From a virus (lineage: Duplodnaviria > Heunggongvirae > Uroviricota > Caudoviricetes): 64,000 bases of DNA. The position numbers and the translations under genes were made by a program. Of this stretch, positions 10,111-20,332 are shown in pieces. The notes beneath the pieces are model-generated. The model was not told where the DNA came from and searched no databases. It saw only the letters and a list, made by a program, of their open reading frames with translations. The stretch covers positions 416,348 to 480,347 of IMG/VR virus record IMGVR_UViG_3300020156_000001. One strand, given 5' to 3'. Positions within the stretch are counted from its first letter, which is position 1. The number at the start of each line of letters is the position of its first letter.

Positions 10111-10745
10111 TTCTTCTTTTTCTTCGTAAGTTTTTCAAGTTCACTACGTGGAACAATCACATAACCGAGAGATTCCAAAGCATCAAAGATTTGTTGAGGA
10201 AGCTTTTTATCGATACGGCGGTATTGGTCAGGTAAGTCCTGCCATGGACGAAGCAGCGGAGACATCTTTTCTTTTGGATCGTGTTCCAATCCATAGCGCC
10301 ATCCTGCTTCGGCCTTCTCCAAGCACCAGTTAGAGTGCTGATGCTTTGCCAGTGTGTCACAAAATGTTTCAAAGTCGTCGGAGACCAATTGAGGGTTGCT
10401 ACCTGGCAAATAGCGGGCCAATGGAATGATTTGTGTGCTTGATTCCAACGATTGTCCCTCTTCCGACAACAATTGAAAAGCATCTTTTATCACATTATAT
10501 TCGTTTTCAGTTAAATGGCGTGATAGAGGAATTTCATAAACCGATCCCGACTCATCGGTTTTATGTATGAGGCGAACAGTATCTAATCCATAATTGGGAC
10601 GTTCGACTTGGAGACTCGAAAGAATGCCCGAGGGCGAATGCGCCTTTACGAACTTGTAAAAGCGCACCACGCTATCCTTTTGCAAAGGCTTCTTGCTTAC
10701 CAGTCGGATATAAAACTGATTATCCGTTCTCGTCTGGGTTGTCAA
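10107..10745 (-). CDS. RyR-domain protein
   Basis: LAKHQHSNWCLEKAEAGWRYG...SPLLRPWQDLP. Confidence 0.8.
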   Translation of the reverse strand: MTTQTRTDNQFYIRLVSKKPLQKDSVVRFYKFVKAHSPSGILSSLQVERPNYGLDTVRLIHKTDESGSVYEIPLSRHLTENEYNVIKDAFQLLSEEGQSLESSTQIIPLARYLPGSNPQLVSDDFETFCDTLAKHQHSNWCLEKAEAGWRYGLEHDPKEKMSPLLRPWQDLPDQYRRIDKKLPQQIFDALESLGYVIVPRSELEKLTKKKKK

Positions 10746-11274
10746 TTTGAGCTCCTTGGGCTGGGTTAACTACTTGGTTATTTACTACCATAGGAGTTGG
10801 AGTTACCATGCCCTGCATTTGCTGAGATTGATCGTACTGATTTTGTTGGTACTGTGGGTACTGTGGAGGTTGATATTGCTGAGAATATTGGGACTGATCG
10901 TGCTGGCTGTAGTCGTTATGACCCCAACCCTGTTTAATCTCGTTTATACGCTCCTGACCACGTGACCAAACCGTAGCACCTAGAATTGCACCAAACGCAA
11001 CGTGGAACAAACCACCACCCTTAAGGGTCAATGGTTCCCATGCGGCCAACTTTAGATTGAGGACTGCCGCTTGTGCATCCGGTGGCAAGTCCTTGATTGC
11101 AAAGATAATATCATGAAGCTTTGGTGCCCATAGACCCAAATATGTTGGTACAATAACAAAGTCAAAGATGCAGATTAGCAAGTAAACAACAGCCGCTGCT
11201 GGCTTCCACAGAATGCCAATCCACGAATCATCGTCGTGCTTTTGAGGAGGAGTCTTATTAAAACGATTGCGCAT
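10720..11274 (-). CDS. Putative holin (GTA 3TM-like) with Gln-rich tail
   Basis: WKPAAAVVYLLICIFDFVIVP and GGGLFHVAFGAILG..WSRGQE hydrophobic segments. Confidence 0.65.
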   Translation of the reverse strand: MRNRFNKTPPQKHDDDSWIGILWKPAAAVVYLLICIFDFVIVPTYLGLWAPKLHDIIFAIKDLPPDAQAAVLNLKLAAWEPLTLKGGGLFHVAFGAILGATVWSRGQERINEIKQGWGHNDYSQHDQSQYSQQYQPPQYPQYQQNQYDQSQQMQGMVTPTPMVVNNQVVNPAQGAQIDNPDENG

Positions 11275-11336
11275 GTTCGATCTTCCTGATATGAGTAACC
11301 CGGCTCTCGTATTTACCGAAAAACCGGGATTTTCTC

Positions 11337-11825
11337 TTATACAGGGAATACGAATACACGAGTCTCAGCGGGTTCCCAATCCGTTTGGTCAGTAACCGTA
11401 AGCATGTCTTCCCATGTTAGACCAAACACCGAACGCTGTACAATAAAGCCCTTTGGAGCTTGAGCTGCACCGGGTCCTGATGCGTATGCGGTAACAGCAA
11501 CTTCAACAAAATCATTGAATGGGTTTTGGAGCTTGATACCAAGCCAACCATCAACGCCTTGATTTTGCAAAGACACCCAACCCGTACCGGCTTTTTCACT
11601 ATCAAAAGCCTCTTTAGCGGTAAAGCCTGCGCCATACTCGCTACTTGCAAAAGCATTACCAACCATTGGATTATCAACGCCTGTGACTTTGCGGAAGTTT
11701 ACATCAGCAACACTGATGTACTGGGGATCGTTGCTGTGGGTGAAGATAAGGCGCCACAAACTATTCGCAAGTGGAGCGGATGGTGCCTGTGGCTGAGTCA
11801 TATCCGAATAAGCTAGAATACTCAT
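11337..11825 (-). CDS. Discoidin / F5-8 type C-like virion protein
   Basis: ASSEY...EAFD...GW...APKGFIVQRS..TW. Confidence 0.7.
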   Translation of the reverse strand: MSILAYSDMTQPQAPSAPLANSLWRLIFTHSNDPQYISVADVNFRKVTGVDNPMVGNAFASSEYGAGFTAKEAFDSEKAGTGWVSLQNQGVDGWLGIKLQNPFNDFVEVAVTAYASGPGAAQAPKGFIVQRSVFGLTWEDMLTVTDQTDWEPAETRVFVFPV

Positions 11826-11834
11826 GTGCGCTCC

Positions 11835-12320
11835 TTAAATTGACCAAGTGCGGATTTCGCCAGGTGCCCAATTCGATTCGTTTGTTACGGAAAGAATTGT
11901 AAACCAATCAGCGAGATTATCCGACGCAATGATGTCAAAGTCCTTTGGCATTTGTCCGGCACCAAGACCATTGTTATACGCTTGAAGTGCAATTTCTTGT
12001 ACTTCACGACGTTCAGGTAAACGAACTTGCCAATACGCATTGTTCCATTCACCTGCCGCTGTACACCAACCTGTTAGTGCTTCGTCGTCTGCCATTGCAG
12101 CAGGTCCAAAAGAACCATCATATTGGGTGGATGCGGTAAAGATACCTTCCATTGGAGAATCAACACTAGCAGTCTCACGCAAATTAATTTCAGCGATCAA
12201 CGCATAAAGACCCTGAGGATCATTGATGCCCTTGACGATAAGACGCCAGAATCTGTAGCCAGTGTTAGACGCCAGACTTGCTGGCGCCACACTGAAATCC
12301 TTATAACGAACAAAGCTCAT
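11835..12320 (-). CDS. Discoidin / F5-8 type C-like virion protein (paralog of 11337-11825)
   Basis: WRLI...ASTQY...MPKDFDIIASD..W...WAPGE aligns with the neighbouring gene. Confidence 0.7.
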   Translation of the reverse strand: MSFVRYKDFSVAPASLASNTGYRFWRLIVKGINDPQGLYALIAEINLRETASVDSPMEGIFTASTQYDGSFGPAAMADDEALTGWCTAAGEWNNAYWQVRLPERREVQEIALQAYNNGLGAGQMPKDFDIIASDNLADWFTILSVTNESNWAPGEIRTWSI

Positions 12321-12322
12321 CT

Positions 12323-13786
12323 TTAGACTCCAAACTGAACCCAAAGACCAGTAATTGTGCCGGAAAGGATGGTAACATCCACAATAACATCCTTGTCTTT
12401 TTCCACAGGAATTGTCAATTCATCTTCCATGTGTGTGGATGATATTACTGGGCTTGTATAGACTACGATACCATCAACCAGCAAACGATAGCTTAGAGTG
12501 CCTGTGCCGCCATAGATTTTTGCCTTGGTGTCGATAAGTGTGCGAGCACGTGGAGCAAACATTTCCACATAATAACCGCCGGCAATAATACCCGAAGCAT
12601 TTACTAGGTTCACACCATAAAGGCCAACACCATCTTGACCCGCAAGACCTTCATCGCCTTGGTCACCCTTATCACCCTTAAGTGAAGTCAACCATTCAGC
12701 TTCAGTTCCTTCAAAGCCATTTTCAACAGCAACACCATAAGCGGATGCGCCATTAACCACGGAGTCCAACCATTGCTGTTGCGTACCTTCAAAACCCGCA
12801 TCAACAGCCAATTCATATGCGGACTTGCCGTTTACACCATCAGTACCGTTTAGGCTTTCAAGCCACTCTTCTTCGTCGCCATCAAAACCATTATCCACAG
12901 CAACTTCAAACGCAGACTTACCTGGAGCTCCATCATCGCCGTCAACACCATCAACACCATTTGTGCCATTGGTTCCGTTTGTGCCCTTTAGCGATGCAAG
13001 CCAAGCCGATTCAGTTCCCACAAAGCCATTTGCTACGGCAACTTCGTATGCACTCTTACCATCTGCACCAGGAGTACCAGCACTGCCGCCAGCGTTTTCC
13101 AAATCCTTTAGCGTTATAAGCGAGTTTGGAGTAGATGGAACGTAGGACGCAGGAGCCAAGATCTGACCAGCAGTGCCACCGGAACCAGCTGTACCAGGAG
13201 TAAGCAGAATGTTACCACCATTGGCATTGGCTGCGGTTGCTTTACCGCCGACTACAACAACGTCGCCACCAGCACCAACTGCTTTATCGCCTGGCTGTAT
13301 TGTGATAGCTGAACCGTCGCTTGTGCTGATGATTGAATCAGCATCGGATTGAATCCTAAGGCTTGATTCACCCTGAAGATCGATGACCAGATCAACAGGA
13401 TTAGTTGTTGACGAGTCCGACGTAGAAAGCACAACATTGGCATTACCATTTGAAACAGAAAGCTTTTCGCCACCAACTGCGGAAACATCGCTCTTAATGT
13501 CGAGGACGCGCTTACCCGCAGCATTTACCGTAACTTCGCCAGTTACTTCGTTTGTGTCCACGCTTGTATTGGAAGTGAAGATTTTGCTTGTGGAAGAACC
13601 AACTTTAGCCCATGCACCGGCAATCTTCTGCCACTGAGCAGAGTTAGCGCCGGACTGAAAATACATGTCGCCGTTTGCGCCAAGTGCGGGTGTTGGATCT
13701 GTTGTACCTTGGTGGATTGTTACGCCACCCTTGCCGATTTTAAAACTTGGGAACGATGTTCCCTTCAAATTATGTGTAACTGCCAT
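12323..13786 (-). CDS. Virion fibre protein with GKSAY and collagen-like repeats
   Basis: Four (GK)SA[YF]...GF.G....WL.S units and G-X-Y runs. Confidence 0.75.
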   Translation of the reverse strand: MAVTHNLKGTSFPSFKIGKGGVTIHQGTTDPTPALGANGDMYFQSGANSAQWQKIAGAWAKVGSSTSKIFTSNTSVDTNEVTGEVTVNAAGKRVLDIKSDVSAVGGEKLSVSNGNANVVLSTSDSSTTNPVDLVIDLQGESSLRIQSDADSIISTSDGSAITIQPGDKAVGAGGDVVVVGGKATAANANGGNILLTPGTAGSGGTAGQILAPASYVPSTPNSLITLKDLENAGGSAGTPGADGKSAYEVAVANGFVGTESAWLASLKGTNGTNGTNGVDGVDGDDGAPGKSAFEVAVDNGFDGDEEEWLESLNGTDGVNGKSAYELAVDAGFEGTQQQWLDSVVNGASAYGVAVENGFEGTEAEWLTSLKGDKGDQGDEGLAGQDGVGLYGVNLVNASGIIAGGYYVEMFAPRARTLIDTKAKIYGGTGTLSYRLLVDGIVVYTSPVISSTHMEDELTIPVEKDKDVIVDVTILSGTITGLWVQFGV

Positions 13787-13790
13787 TTAA

Positions 13791-13852
13791 ACTCCTGTCG
13801 GGCGAACCCGTCGAAAATATTTCGTCAGTGAGTAATGGGCCGAAGCCCATTA
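13791..13852 (-). promoter_or_regulatory. Structured intergenic RNA element (UUCG hairpin plus three-way junction covering the SD)
   Basis: See findings; two cUUCGg/gUUCGc tetraloop hairpins. Confidence 0.6.
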
Positions 13853-16813
13853 TCTAAAGCGATAGCTGATTGTGATTTCCAACTCACCATCAACTGGTGT
13901 TGCGGCAGTTGTGCCATCACTTTGCATAAACTGGATTGTTAGCTGAGTGTTATTGCTGGTAAATGTTTCAGCAAGATCAGCAACATAAACACCTGTAGCT
14001 AGAATATCGTTTTCATAGAATTCCATCACTAGATCGGTGCCAGCCATAATGCGTGCCTGGGTTACACCACCACCAGTGATTGCTTCCTTAACATTTATCA
14101 TTGCACGAGTGATCACCACGTTCTTACCCAGCGGAGCCGGAGTAACAGCGCCAATGTTCATCTGAGAACCCCATGCGGAATCCAACTTCACATAGCGTGT
14201 GAATGGCTCCACGTTGTTGCGAACATAATCCGCCACAAATTTACGGGTTACGATTGTTTCATCATTGAGACCAATGTTTGCAGTGTAACCGGGTTGTGCT
14301 TCGATAATACCAGTACCAACGGTGCGGATTAGAAGGCCGATATTGTCGTCTTCGCCTTCAACACCAAGTTCAACACTTGCGCTTTCCGCAGCGTTTTTCG
14401 TGTATAGGTTATTAACAGCATCAACCGAAGCCTTAGCAGCAAATGCGAGAAGACCATTGTCATCATAAAGCTTGCTGATGAACGAGTAAGTTAGAGTTGT
14501 GCCATTGCTCTGCAATAGCTGACCCGCTGCACCAACAGTTAGCTTTTCCAAACCATTGCTTGCATTGCCAACTAGAATGTCGCCGCGTGCAAATGTTGAG
14601 ATTCCAAGACCGCCATTTGCTGTACCAAGTACGCCAGTAAAGCTATTGGTGTCAGATAGATTCAAGCTACCCCAAACAGCTTCTTCACCTTCAACACCTG
14701 AGGAGATTAGGAACTGACCGGAAACAGCCGAGCTAGAAACGATGAGGTTGCCAACACCATCCAAGTCGATAGTTGCGGCAGCCACGTTTACGCTAAATGT
14801 GCCGTTGGTGTCTGTTAGACCGTCACCAGCAACGATAATTGCGTCTTCGCCATCTTCACCAAGACCAGCCAGCGCAAGTACATATGCTTTTGTTACAAGA
14901 GCATCGCCAGTACCCGCAGCATTCAAAGCTGTAGAGTAAGCGGCAAGATCGCTAACACGAGCAAGACCTGCGTTCTTTGGATCCAAGTAGATATCAACGT
15001 TTGCAGCCGCAGATTCCGCAGCTACGCCAATTTTTACACCGTTTGTTGGAAGATCAGGATCTGGAGTACCGTTTGTGATTTCAAGCCAGTTACCAGAGTT
15101 TTCACCCGACGACTTGAATTCAACGATCTTAGTCGTATAGACGTCTTCGACATAAACACGACCAGTTGTACCAGTACCAGCGGCTTCGCCTGGACGAACG
15201 ATAACATCGCCGCCATTGTTGTTGCCATCCTTAGCGTTACCGCCGGTTAGAACCAGTGCACCAGCAGCATCCGTAAGTGTGTCATCGCCGCCCTTAACAA
15301 TAAGGTCGAATGTATTTTCGGCTTCAACAATGCCATCACCGTTTACGCCCAAGTAGACGTGACCGGAGTTCTGTGGAATCAAGCGGATGTCAATGTTATC
15401 AACGCCTGCGGTATCCTTAGCAACGACTTGGACTTCCTTGTCGATGTTGGTAAGAACAATCTTCTCGCCACCCACTGCAAGATCGCCAGCCTTAGCTTCA
15501 ACAACTTGCTTACCCTTGGAAATAACCACAACTGAGTCAGCGTGATCTTCTAACTGGGTTTCAACACTTGTGGTGTTGCCATCGTTGGAAATACGGGAAG
15601 CATCTAGATCCTGAAGCGAACCTTCAAGTGTCTCAATATCACCTTCGATTGTTGTGATCTTGCCTTCAGCGGTTGTTACGCGAGTTTGGAGATCAACAAC
15701 GTCATCCTGTAGAGCCTTAGACGAGATAAGAGTCCAAGTCACTTGGAGTTCTTCTAGTGGAGGATCAACCGGAGGATCGGAAGGAACTTCAACAAGTTCC
15801 TTAGCAGTTGCTTCATAGAAGCCCCAGGAACCATCGCCAGCGTCGGTAACAAAAGCAAAGTCACCGAGTTCGATTTGCTCAGGATCAATGGCATCACGCG
15901 CTGCAATGTCTGCAAGAACGTAGGAAGTCGCATTGTAGCCAAGAGGGCCAGAAGAACCGCTACCGGAGCCACCATTGAGTAGAACACCACTAGTGGAAGT
16001 TATTGCAATGTAGATTGGAACTGCAAAGCGCGTTGGCTTTTCAATTGTAAGCTTGCCTGGATTTACAGGATCGATATAAACGAGTTGACCAGAAGTTACA
16101 CCGGATGGAAGTGCAGGTTCAATTTTGCCTACATATGTTCCACGAGGACGGAACATAAAGTAATCAATACCCGGAACATTAACTGCATAAACAGAACCAA
16201 TAACACGACCAAGATCATCCTTATGAGCTTGATCCGCAGCCAGCAATTTATAAACGCCATCGTCATCAAGGAAGATTACATCGCCCTTAACAAATGTATG
16301 ACCGGCTTGCTTAACAGTGATATAAGATTTTCCCTCGTTTTGACGAGAAAAACGTGCCATCAAATCAGTAACAAAATGGGCAGGCAGAGCACCAGGAACA
16401 ACACCTAGAAGATCCGGCATACCCTGTTCATCAAGCTGAAATACTAGACCATAACCGGCAGGAATACCACCACTACCTGATTGGAATGGATCGCTTATTG
16501 TGTTATAACGGTTAACGTCTTCAGCGATAACTTCCAATTCAGAATCAGTTTGGTTAATAATTTCAGTGATTCGAACTGCAACCGCATTAAGACCCGAAGA
16601 AATCCAGTCACCAACCTTAATATCCATTCCTGTGTAGAAAAATGGAATAGTTGTTGTTAGATCACCATGAGCTTGCGATTGAACGCTGAACTTTACGTTA
16701 AACTTGTATGGGTAGCCGGCCCATGCGTCGGAAGGATCCATCTCCTCCCAGAACTCAACCGGGTTTATTTCATTTACGGCAACCTGAAGAAGTCTTGTAG
16801 GTTTAAAATACAT
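13850..16813 (-). CDS. Large virion structural/fibre protein
   Basis: Gly-rich; coiled-coil segment; GGLG..GDILVG..GQLL fibre motif. Confidence 0.75.
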   Translation of the reverse strand: MYFKPTRLLQVAVNEINPVEFWEEMDPSDAWAGYPYKFNVKFSVQSQAHGDLTTTIPFFYTGMDIKVGDWISSGLNAVAVRITEIINQTDSELEVIAEDVNRYNTISDPFQSGSGGIPAGYGLVFQLDEQGMPDLLGVVPGALPAHFVTDLMARFSRQNEGKSYITVKQAGHTFVKGDVIFLDDDGVYKLLAADQAHKDDLGRVIGSVYAVNVPGIDYFMFRPRGTYVGKIEPALPSGVTSGQLVYIDPVNPGKLTIEKPTRFAVPIYIAITSTSGVLLNGGSGSGSSGPLGYNATSYVLADIAARDAIDPEQIELGDFAFVTDAGDGSWGFYEATAKELVEVPSDPPVDPPLEELQVTWTLISSKALQDDVVDLQTRVTTAEGKITTIEGDIETLEGSLQDLDASRISNDGNTTSVETQLEDHADSVVVISKGKQVVEAKAGDLAVGGEKIVLTNIDKEVQVVAKDTAGVDNIDIRLIPQNSGHVYLGVNGDGIVEAENTFDLIVKGGDDTLTDAAGALVLTGGNAKDGNNNGGDVIVRPGEAAGTGTTGRVYVEDVYTTKIVEFKSSGENSGNWLEITNGTPDPDLPTNGVKIGVAAESAAANVDIYLDPKNAGLARVSDLAAYSTALNAAGTGDALVTKAYVLALAGLGEDGEDAIIVAGDGLTDTNGTFSVNVAAATIDLDGVGNLIVSSSAVSGQFLISSGVEGEEAVWGSLNLSDTNSFTGVLGTANGGLGISTFARGDILVGNASNGLEKLTVGAAGQLLQSNGTTLTYSFISKLYDDNGLLAFAAKASVDAVNNLYTKNAAESASVELGVEGEDDNIGLLIRTVGTGIIEAQPGYTANIGLNDETIVTRKFVADYVRNNVEPFTRYVKLDSAWGSQMNIGAVTPAPLGKNVVITRAMINVKEAITGGGVTQARIMAGTDLVMEFYENDILATGVYVADLAETFTSNNTQLTIQFMQSDGTTAATPVDGELEITISYRFR

Positions 16814-16826
16814 TGGCGATCATCCT

Positions 16827-17510
16827 TTAGACCACGAGGAAATATAGCTCAATAAAGGCATGAGTGCCACTGGCAGAGCCTGTAGAGTTAGTGCTAACAT
16901 TGAACACAGTGCATTTAGTCAAATCATTAGGATTATATCTTAATGACACCGCAGCCGCAGCGCCAGCACCAGAAATACGATGAACATATTCACCGGCGTA
17001 AATTGACGAAGCACCAAAAGTGCTGGAGAATGCCGGGATTGTATTCAAATTATGAGTTACGGTAAGCGTTTCGCCACTTACCACGATAGACCAACCTTCT
17101 GGTAGATCTTGCACCGATGATGGTGTTGTTCCAGTAAAGTTTACACGGAAACGATATTTGCGGAGACCTGTTGGAAACAAAGCGTACTCAAGACCAGAGC
17201 CATCGTTATTAACACGAATAGCCTTACCCGCTTGTAGCTCACCGGGTCCATCTTCTAGATCGGCAAAATGATTGGTTGTGATGTGTCTCCAAGCGCCATC
17301 TTCGTATGCTTCGATACGATCGGTGTCGCTGTTAAAACGGAGCAAACCATCAGTAGGAGTTACTGGACGTTGTGCTTGGGTACCAGCTGGAAGTTGAATT
17401 GCAGAAGTAAGATCGGAAGACCACTTTGGCGAAGTATTATCAAAAACGATAATGCCGCCTTGTTTCCCGTTCGAGGGGCCTGCGATTTGTTTGATTTTCA
17501 AATGACTCAT
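16827..17510 (-). CDS. Virion fibre-associated protein
   Basis: LPAGTQAQRP...GLLRFNSD..IEAY motif; TAAATA upstream. Confidence 0.7.
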   Translation of the reverse strand: MSHLKIKQIAGPSNGKQGGIIVFDNTSPKWSSDLTSAIQLPAGTQAQRPVTPTDGLLRFNSDTDRIEAYEDGAWRHITTNHFADLEDGPGELQAGKAIRVNNDGSGLEYALFPTGLRKYRFRVNFTGTTPSSVQDLPEGWSIVVSGETLTVTHNLNTIPAFSSTFGASSIYAGEYVHRISGAGAAAAVSLRYNPNDLTKCTVFNVSTNSTGSASGTHAFIELYFLVV

Positions 17511-17551
17511 CTTAATCCTCTAACAGGCAAACTTTTCAGTATTTATGGTAA

Positions 17552-17582
17552 AGACTGGGGAGCCTTTTGAACTCCCCAGCCT
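17552..17582 (-). terminator. Intrinsic terminator
   Basis: CTGGGGAG/CTCCCCAG stem after the 17594 stop. Confidence 0.65.
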
Positions 17583-17593
17583 GTTAGGTAGGA

Positions 17594-19198
17594 TTAGATA
17601 GCAGCCATAGCTGTTAGGAACGATACGCTTAGAACGTCACCAACTTCAGCAACGTAGCCGTTAGCCGAATCAACTAGAGTTACTGTGTTGCCTGCGTAGT
17701 TAACAGTATAACCAGCCGAAGCAAGCTTGATGCCGTTGAAGTAAACAACTACTGCACCAAAAGGTGTTTCGGAAAGCTGAAGAACAACGTTTGCACCAGC
17801 AATAACGTTACCATTCTGGTTATCCACACCAACTGTGAACTCATCAACGCGCATTTCTGTGCGAGCAGCGTTAACAGCGTTGGAGATCTTCTCTTCTGTT
17901 GCTGTTTCGGAAGCTTCGATTTCTTCGTTGATGTACTCGCTGATCGCGCCAGCTGTTACATACGCAAGAGCTGGAGTTTCAGCAATACCAACTGGCTGAG
18001 CAGCACGTAGAAGACCAGTTTCTGCAGAAGCAACAACAACACCGTCTTCGTCCTTGAGTTCCATGATGTCGAGATCAACATCAGCATACTCAAGACCAAG
18101 ACCGTCAGCAGTTACACGTAGGAACTGACCAGCAGAACCTAGAGTTGTGAGGCCTGTGCCACCCTTAGCAACGCCAAGTGTGCCAGAAAGGTCGTTGATA
18201 CCAATTGCAGCAGCGTCAAGCGAGATAGAAACAGCCGACAAAGCAGCGTTTGTGCCACCTGTTACAGTGATAGCACCAGTACCAGTTACGTTAGCCTTGT
18301 TCAAGCCAAGTACGAAGCCAGAATGTGCATTGCCAGAAACTGTAAGGGAAGTTTCACCGCCAACTAGCGAAACGCCAGCGTCGGTATTGTCGAACTTAAC
18401 CCAAACTGGAGTTTCTTCGCCTGGAGCACCCTGTGTACCAGCAAAAGCAACAAAGTCACCAACGTTAACTTCTAGGCCTGTACCTGCGAAGTCTGTAGCG
18501 CCGATTGTGATGATACGGTAAACGTCACCACGGGAAGCACCAGCTGGTGTTTCAGTTGCTGCACCCGAAACTTCGCCAGCGAAGTTAAGAGCGGAAAGAC
18601 CAACGAGACCGTCAACAGTGTTCTTAAGTGTGTTAAGACCTGTGTCAACAGCGTCGATAGCGCCCTTGAAGGAAGTTGCACCAGTTGTGTAAGTACCACC
18701 AAATGCAACTAGCGTACCATCAGCAGCTAGACCAAGAGCTGTTTCAACTGCGTCAATTTCTGTCTGAAGCGCGCCAACGCCTGTGGACGAAAGTGTTGCA
18801 ACAGCGTCAGCAACTGTCTTGATCTGTGTGTCAAGAGCAATTGTTGCGCCCTTTAGAGTTGTAGAAGCATTGAGGTAGTTTGTGCCTGTGAAAGCAATGC
18901 TACCATCGGCAGCAAGACCAGCACCAGCAATAACGTCTGCAATGAGACCTTCTGCATCAACGATCTTAGAATCAAGACCGCCGATAGTAGCAGAAAGAGC
19001 TACCTTGGAACCTTCTGGGCCAAAAGTAACTTCTGTTGCATCAAGAAGACCGTAGCCAATAACGCCGGCAGCGGTTGTCTTTAGAACGGTACCAACGGCA
19101 CCGTTTGCGGCAAGGACGGAACCTTGACCGTTAACACCACCGATGAGAATATCACCAGCAGCGTTTAGTTTAATCTGTTTTGCGCGTAGCATAGCCAT
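17594..19198 (-). CDS. Virion structural/fibre protein
   Basis: Ala/Gly-rich; GTLGVAKGGTG motif; C-terminal VYFNGI..GDVL Ig-like module; strong codon bias. Confidence 0.75.
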   Translation of the reverse strand: MAMLRAKQIKLNAAGDILIGGVNGQGSVLAANGAVGTVLKTTAAGVIGYGLLDATEVTFGPEGSKVALSATIGGLDSKIVDAEGLIADVIAGAGLAADGSIAFTGTNYLNASTTLKGATIALDTQIKTVADAVATLSSTGVGALQTEIDAVETALGLAADGTLVAFGGTYTTGATSFKGAIDAVDTGLNTLKNTVDGLVGLSALNFAGEVSGAATETPAGASRGDVYRIITIGATDFAGTGLEVNVGDFVAFAGTQGAPGEETPVWVKFDNTDAGVSLVGGETSLTVSGNAHSGFVLGLNKANVTGTGAITVTGGTNAALSAVSISLDAAAIGINDLSGTLGVAKGGTGLTTLGSAGQFLRVTADGLGLEYADVDLDIMELKDEDGVVVASAETGLLRAAQPVGIAETPALAYVTAGAISEYINEEIEASETATEEKISNAVNAARTEMRVDEFTVGVDNQNGNVIAGANVVLQLSETPFGAVVVYFNGIKLASAGYTVNYAGNTVTLVDSANGYVAEVGDVLSVSFLTAMAAI

Positions 19199-19223
19199 CT
19201 ATGTTAACTCCAGTTGCTTGCTT

Positions 19224-20279
19224 TTAGGACAAATAGATGAAGAAAACTTCATCTGTTTCATCGACGCCATAACCAGTAGCTACAGGGTCGAATGTGAGAA
19301 CTTTCGATGTTTCGTCGAAAGTAAAATCTGTATTCTCAATACCGTTGATGCTCATTACTTGAACTTCAATTGCATCTTCTGGCATTGTGAACAATACTTG
19401 GTTGAGAGTTGCTTCAACCTTGAAAACCTTATTTGATGTGTCTTCGTCTACACTTACATTTAGCAAAAACGCACGGTTAGGAGAGTCCAAACGGATATAA
19501 ACTGGCTTTGCGTTCTTAGAAGGACGAATATTTGTTACTTTACCAGGAGCCGTTGGATCCACATAAAATACATCACCGTAATCACCGTCTAGCTCAGGAG
19601 TTACATTCTCCATAAGCTTACCAAGAGGCTGGAACGTAAACCAATCTGCGCCGGGAATGTTAATAGTGGTTACGATACCAACAGCTAGATTAGCATCAGA
19701 TGCGGACAAAAGCTCATAACGACCTTCATTGTCATCATCCACTTTAATGAAATCACCAATTGACATTCCATGGTTGGTTTGATTAACACGGATAAATTCG
19801 TTTTTGGTGTTACGGAATGTGAAGCGACTCTGGATGTTATCAACAACGTTGTTACCAAAGGCACCATACGGGAAACCTTGTAGAATAGGTGCACCGTCAA
19901 GACCTAGTTCAAAAACAAACGCATTACCTGCGGCAATAGAACCAGTGCCCGACACAAAGGGATCGTTAAAGGTGTTGTAACGATCAATATCTTCTGCTTT
20001 ACAAACAACTGTTGCGGAATCTTTGCTAATAATTTCTACAATTTGTAGAACTAGACCATTAGCATCACCTACCCAGTCACCAACACGTACATCATTACCA
20101 TCATACTGGAATGGTGTTGGAGTATCAAAGGAGCTATGGGTTTGCGGAATCACTGACATAGTTAGCTGCCAACGGAATGGGTAACCATCCCAGATGCCAG
20201 GAATACTGTCACTCCAAAAATCAGTTGGGGTTACCTCTGATAGCGAAGTTTGCAAAAGTCTTGGTGGCAAATACGCCAT
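19224..20279 (-). CDS. Virion protein paralogous to the N-terminal ~280 aa of 13850-16813
   Basis: P.RLLQ...W.GYP...YDGNDVRVGDW...AEDIDRYNT shared between the two. Confidence 0.75.
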   Translation of the reverse strand: MAYLPPRLLQTSLSEVTPTDFWSDSIPGIWDGYPFRWQLTMSVIPQTHSSFDTPTPFQYDGNDVRVGDWVGDANGLVLQIVEIISKDSATVVCKAEDIDRYNTFNDPFVSGTGSIAAGNAFVFELGLDGAPILQGFPYGAFGNNVVDNIQSRFTFRNTKNEFIRVNQTNHGMSIGDFIKVDDDNEGRYELLSASDANLAVGIVTTINIPGADWFTFQPLGKLMENVTPELDGDYGDVFYVDPTAPGKVTNIRPSKNAKPVYIRLDSPNRAFLLNVSVDEDTSNKVFKVEATLNQVLFTMPEDAIEVQVMSINGIENTDFTFDETSKVLTFDPVATGYGVDETDEVFFIYLS

Positions 20280-20297
20280 ATTTCACTCCTTAAAAAG

Positions 20298-20325
20298 TGC
20301 TGGAGTGAGATATCTCACTCCAGCA
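20298..20325 (-). terminator. 28 bp perfect palindrome, probable terminator
   Basis: TGCTGGAGTGAGATATCTCACTCCAGCA flanked by A/T runs. Confidence 0.75.
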
Positions 20326-20332
20326 TTTTCTG

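Noticed and set aside
13812-13828. CUGACGA resembles the hammerhead ribozyme core
   Set aside because: No correctly placed GAAA/UH; the bases are better explained by the three-way junction
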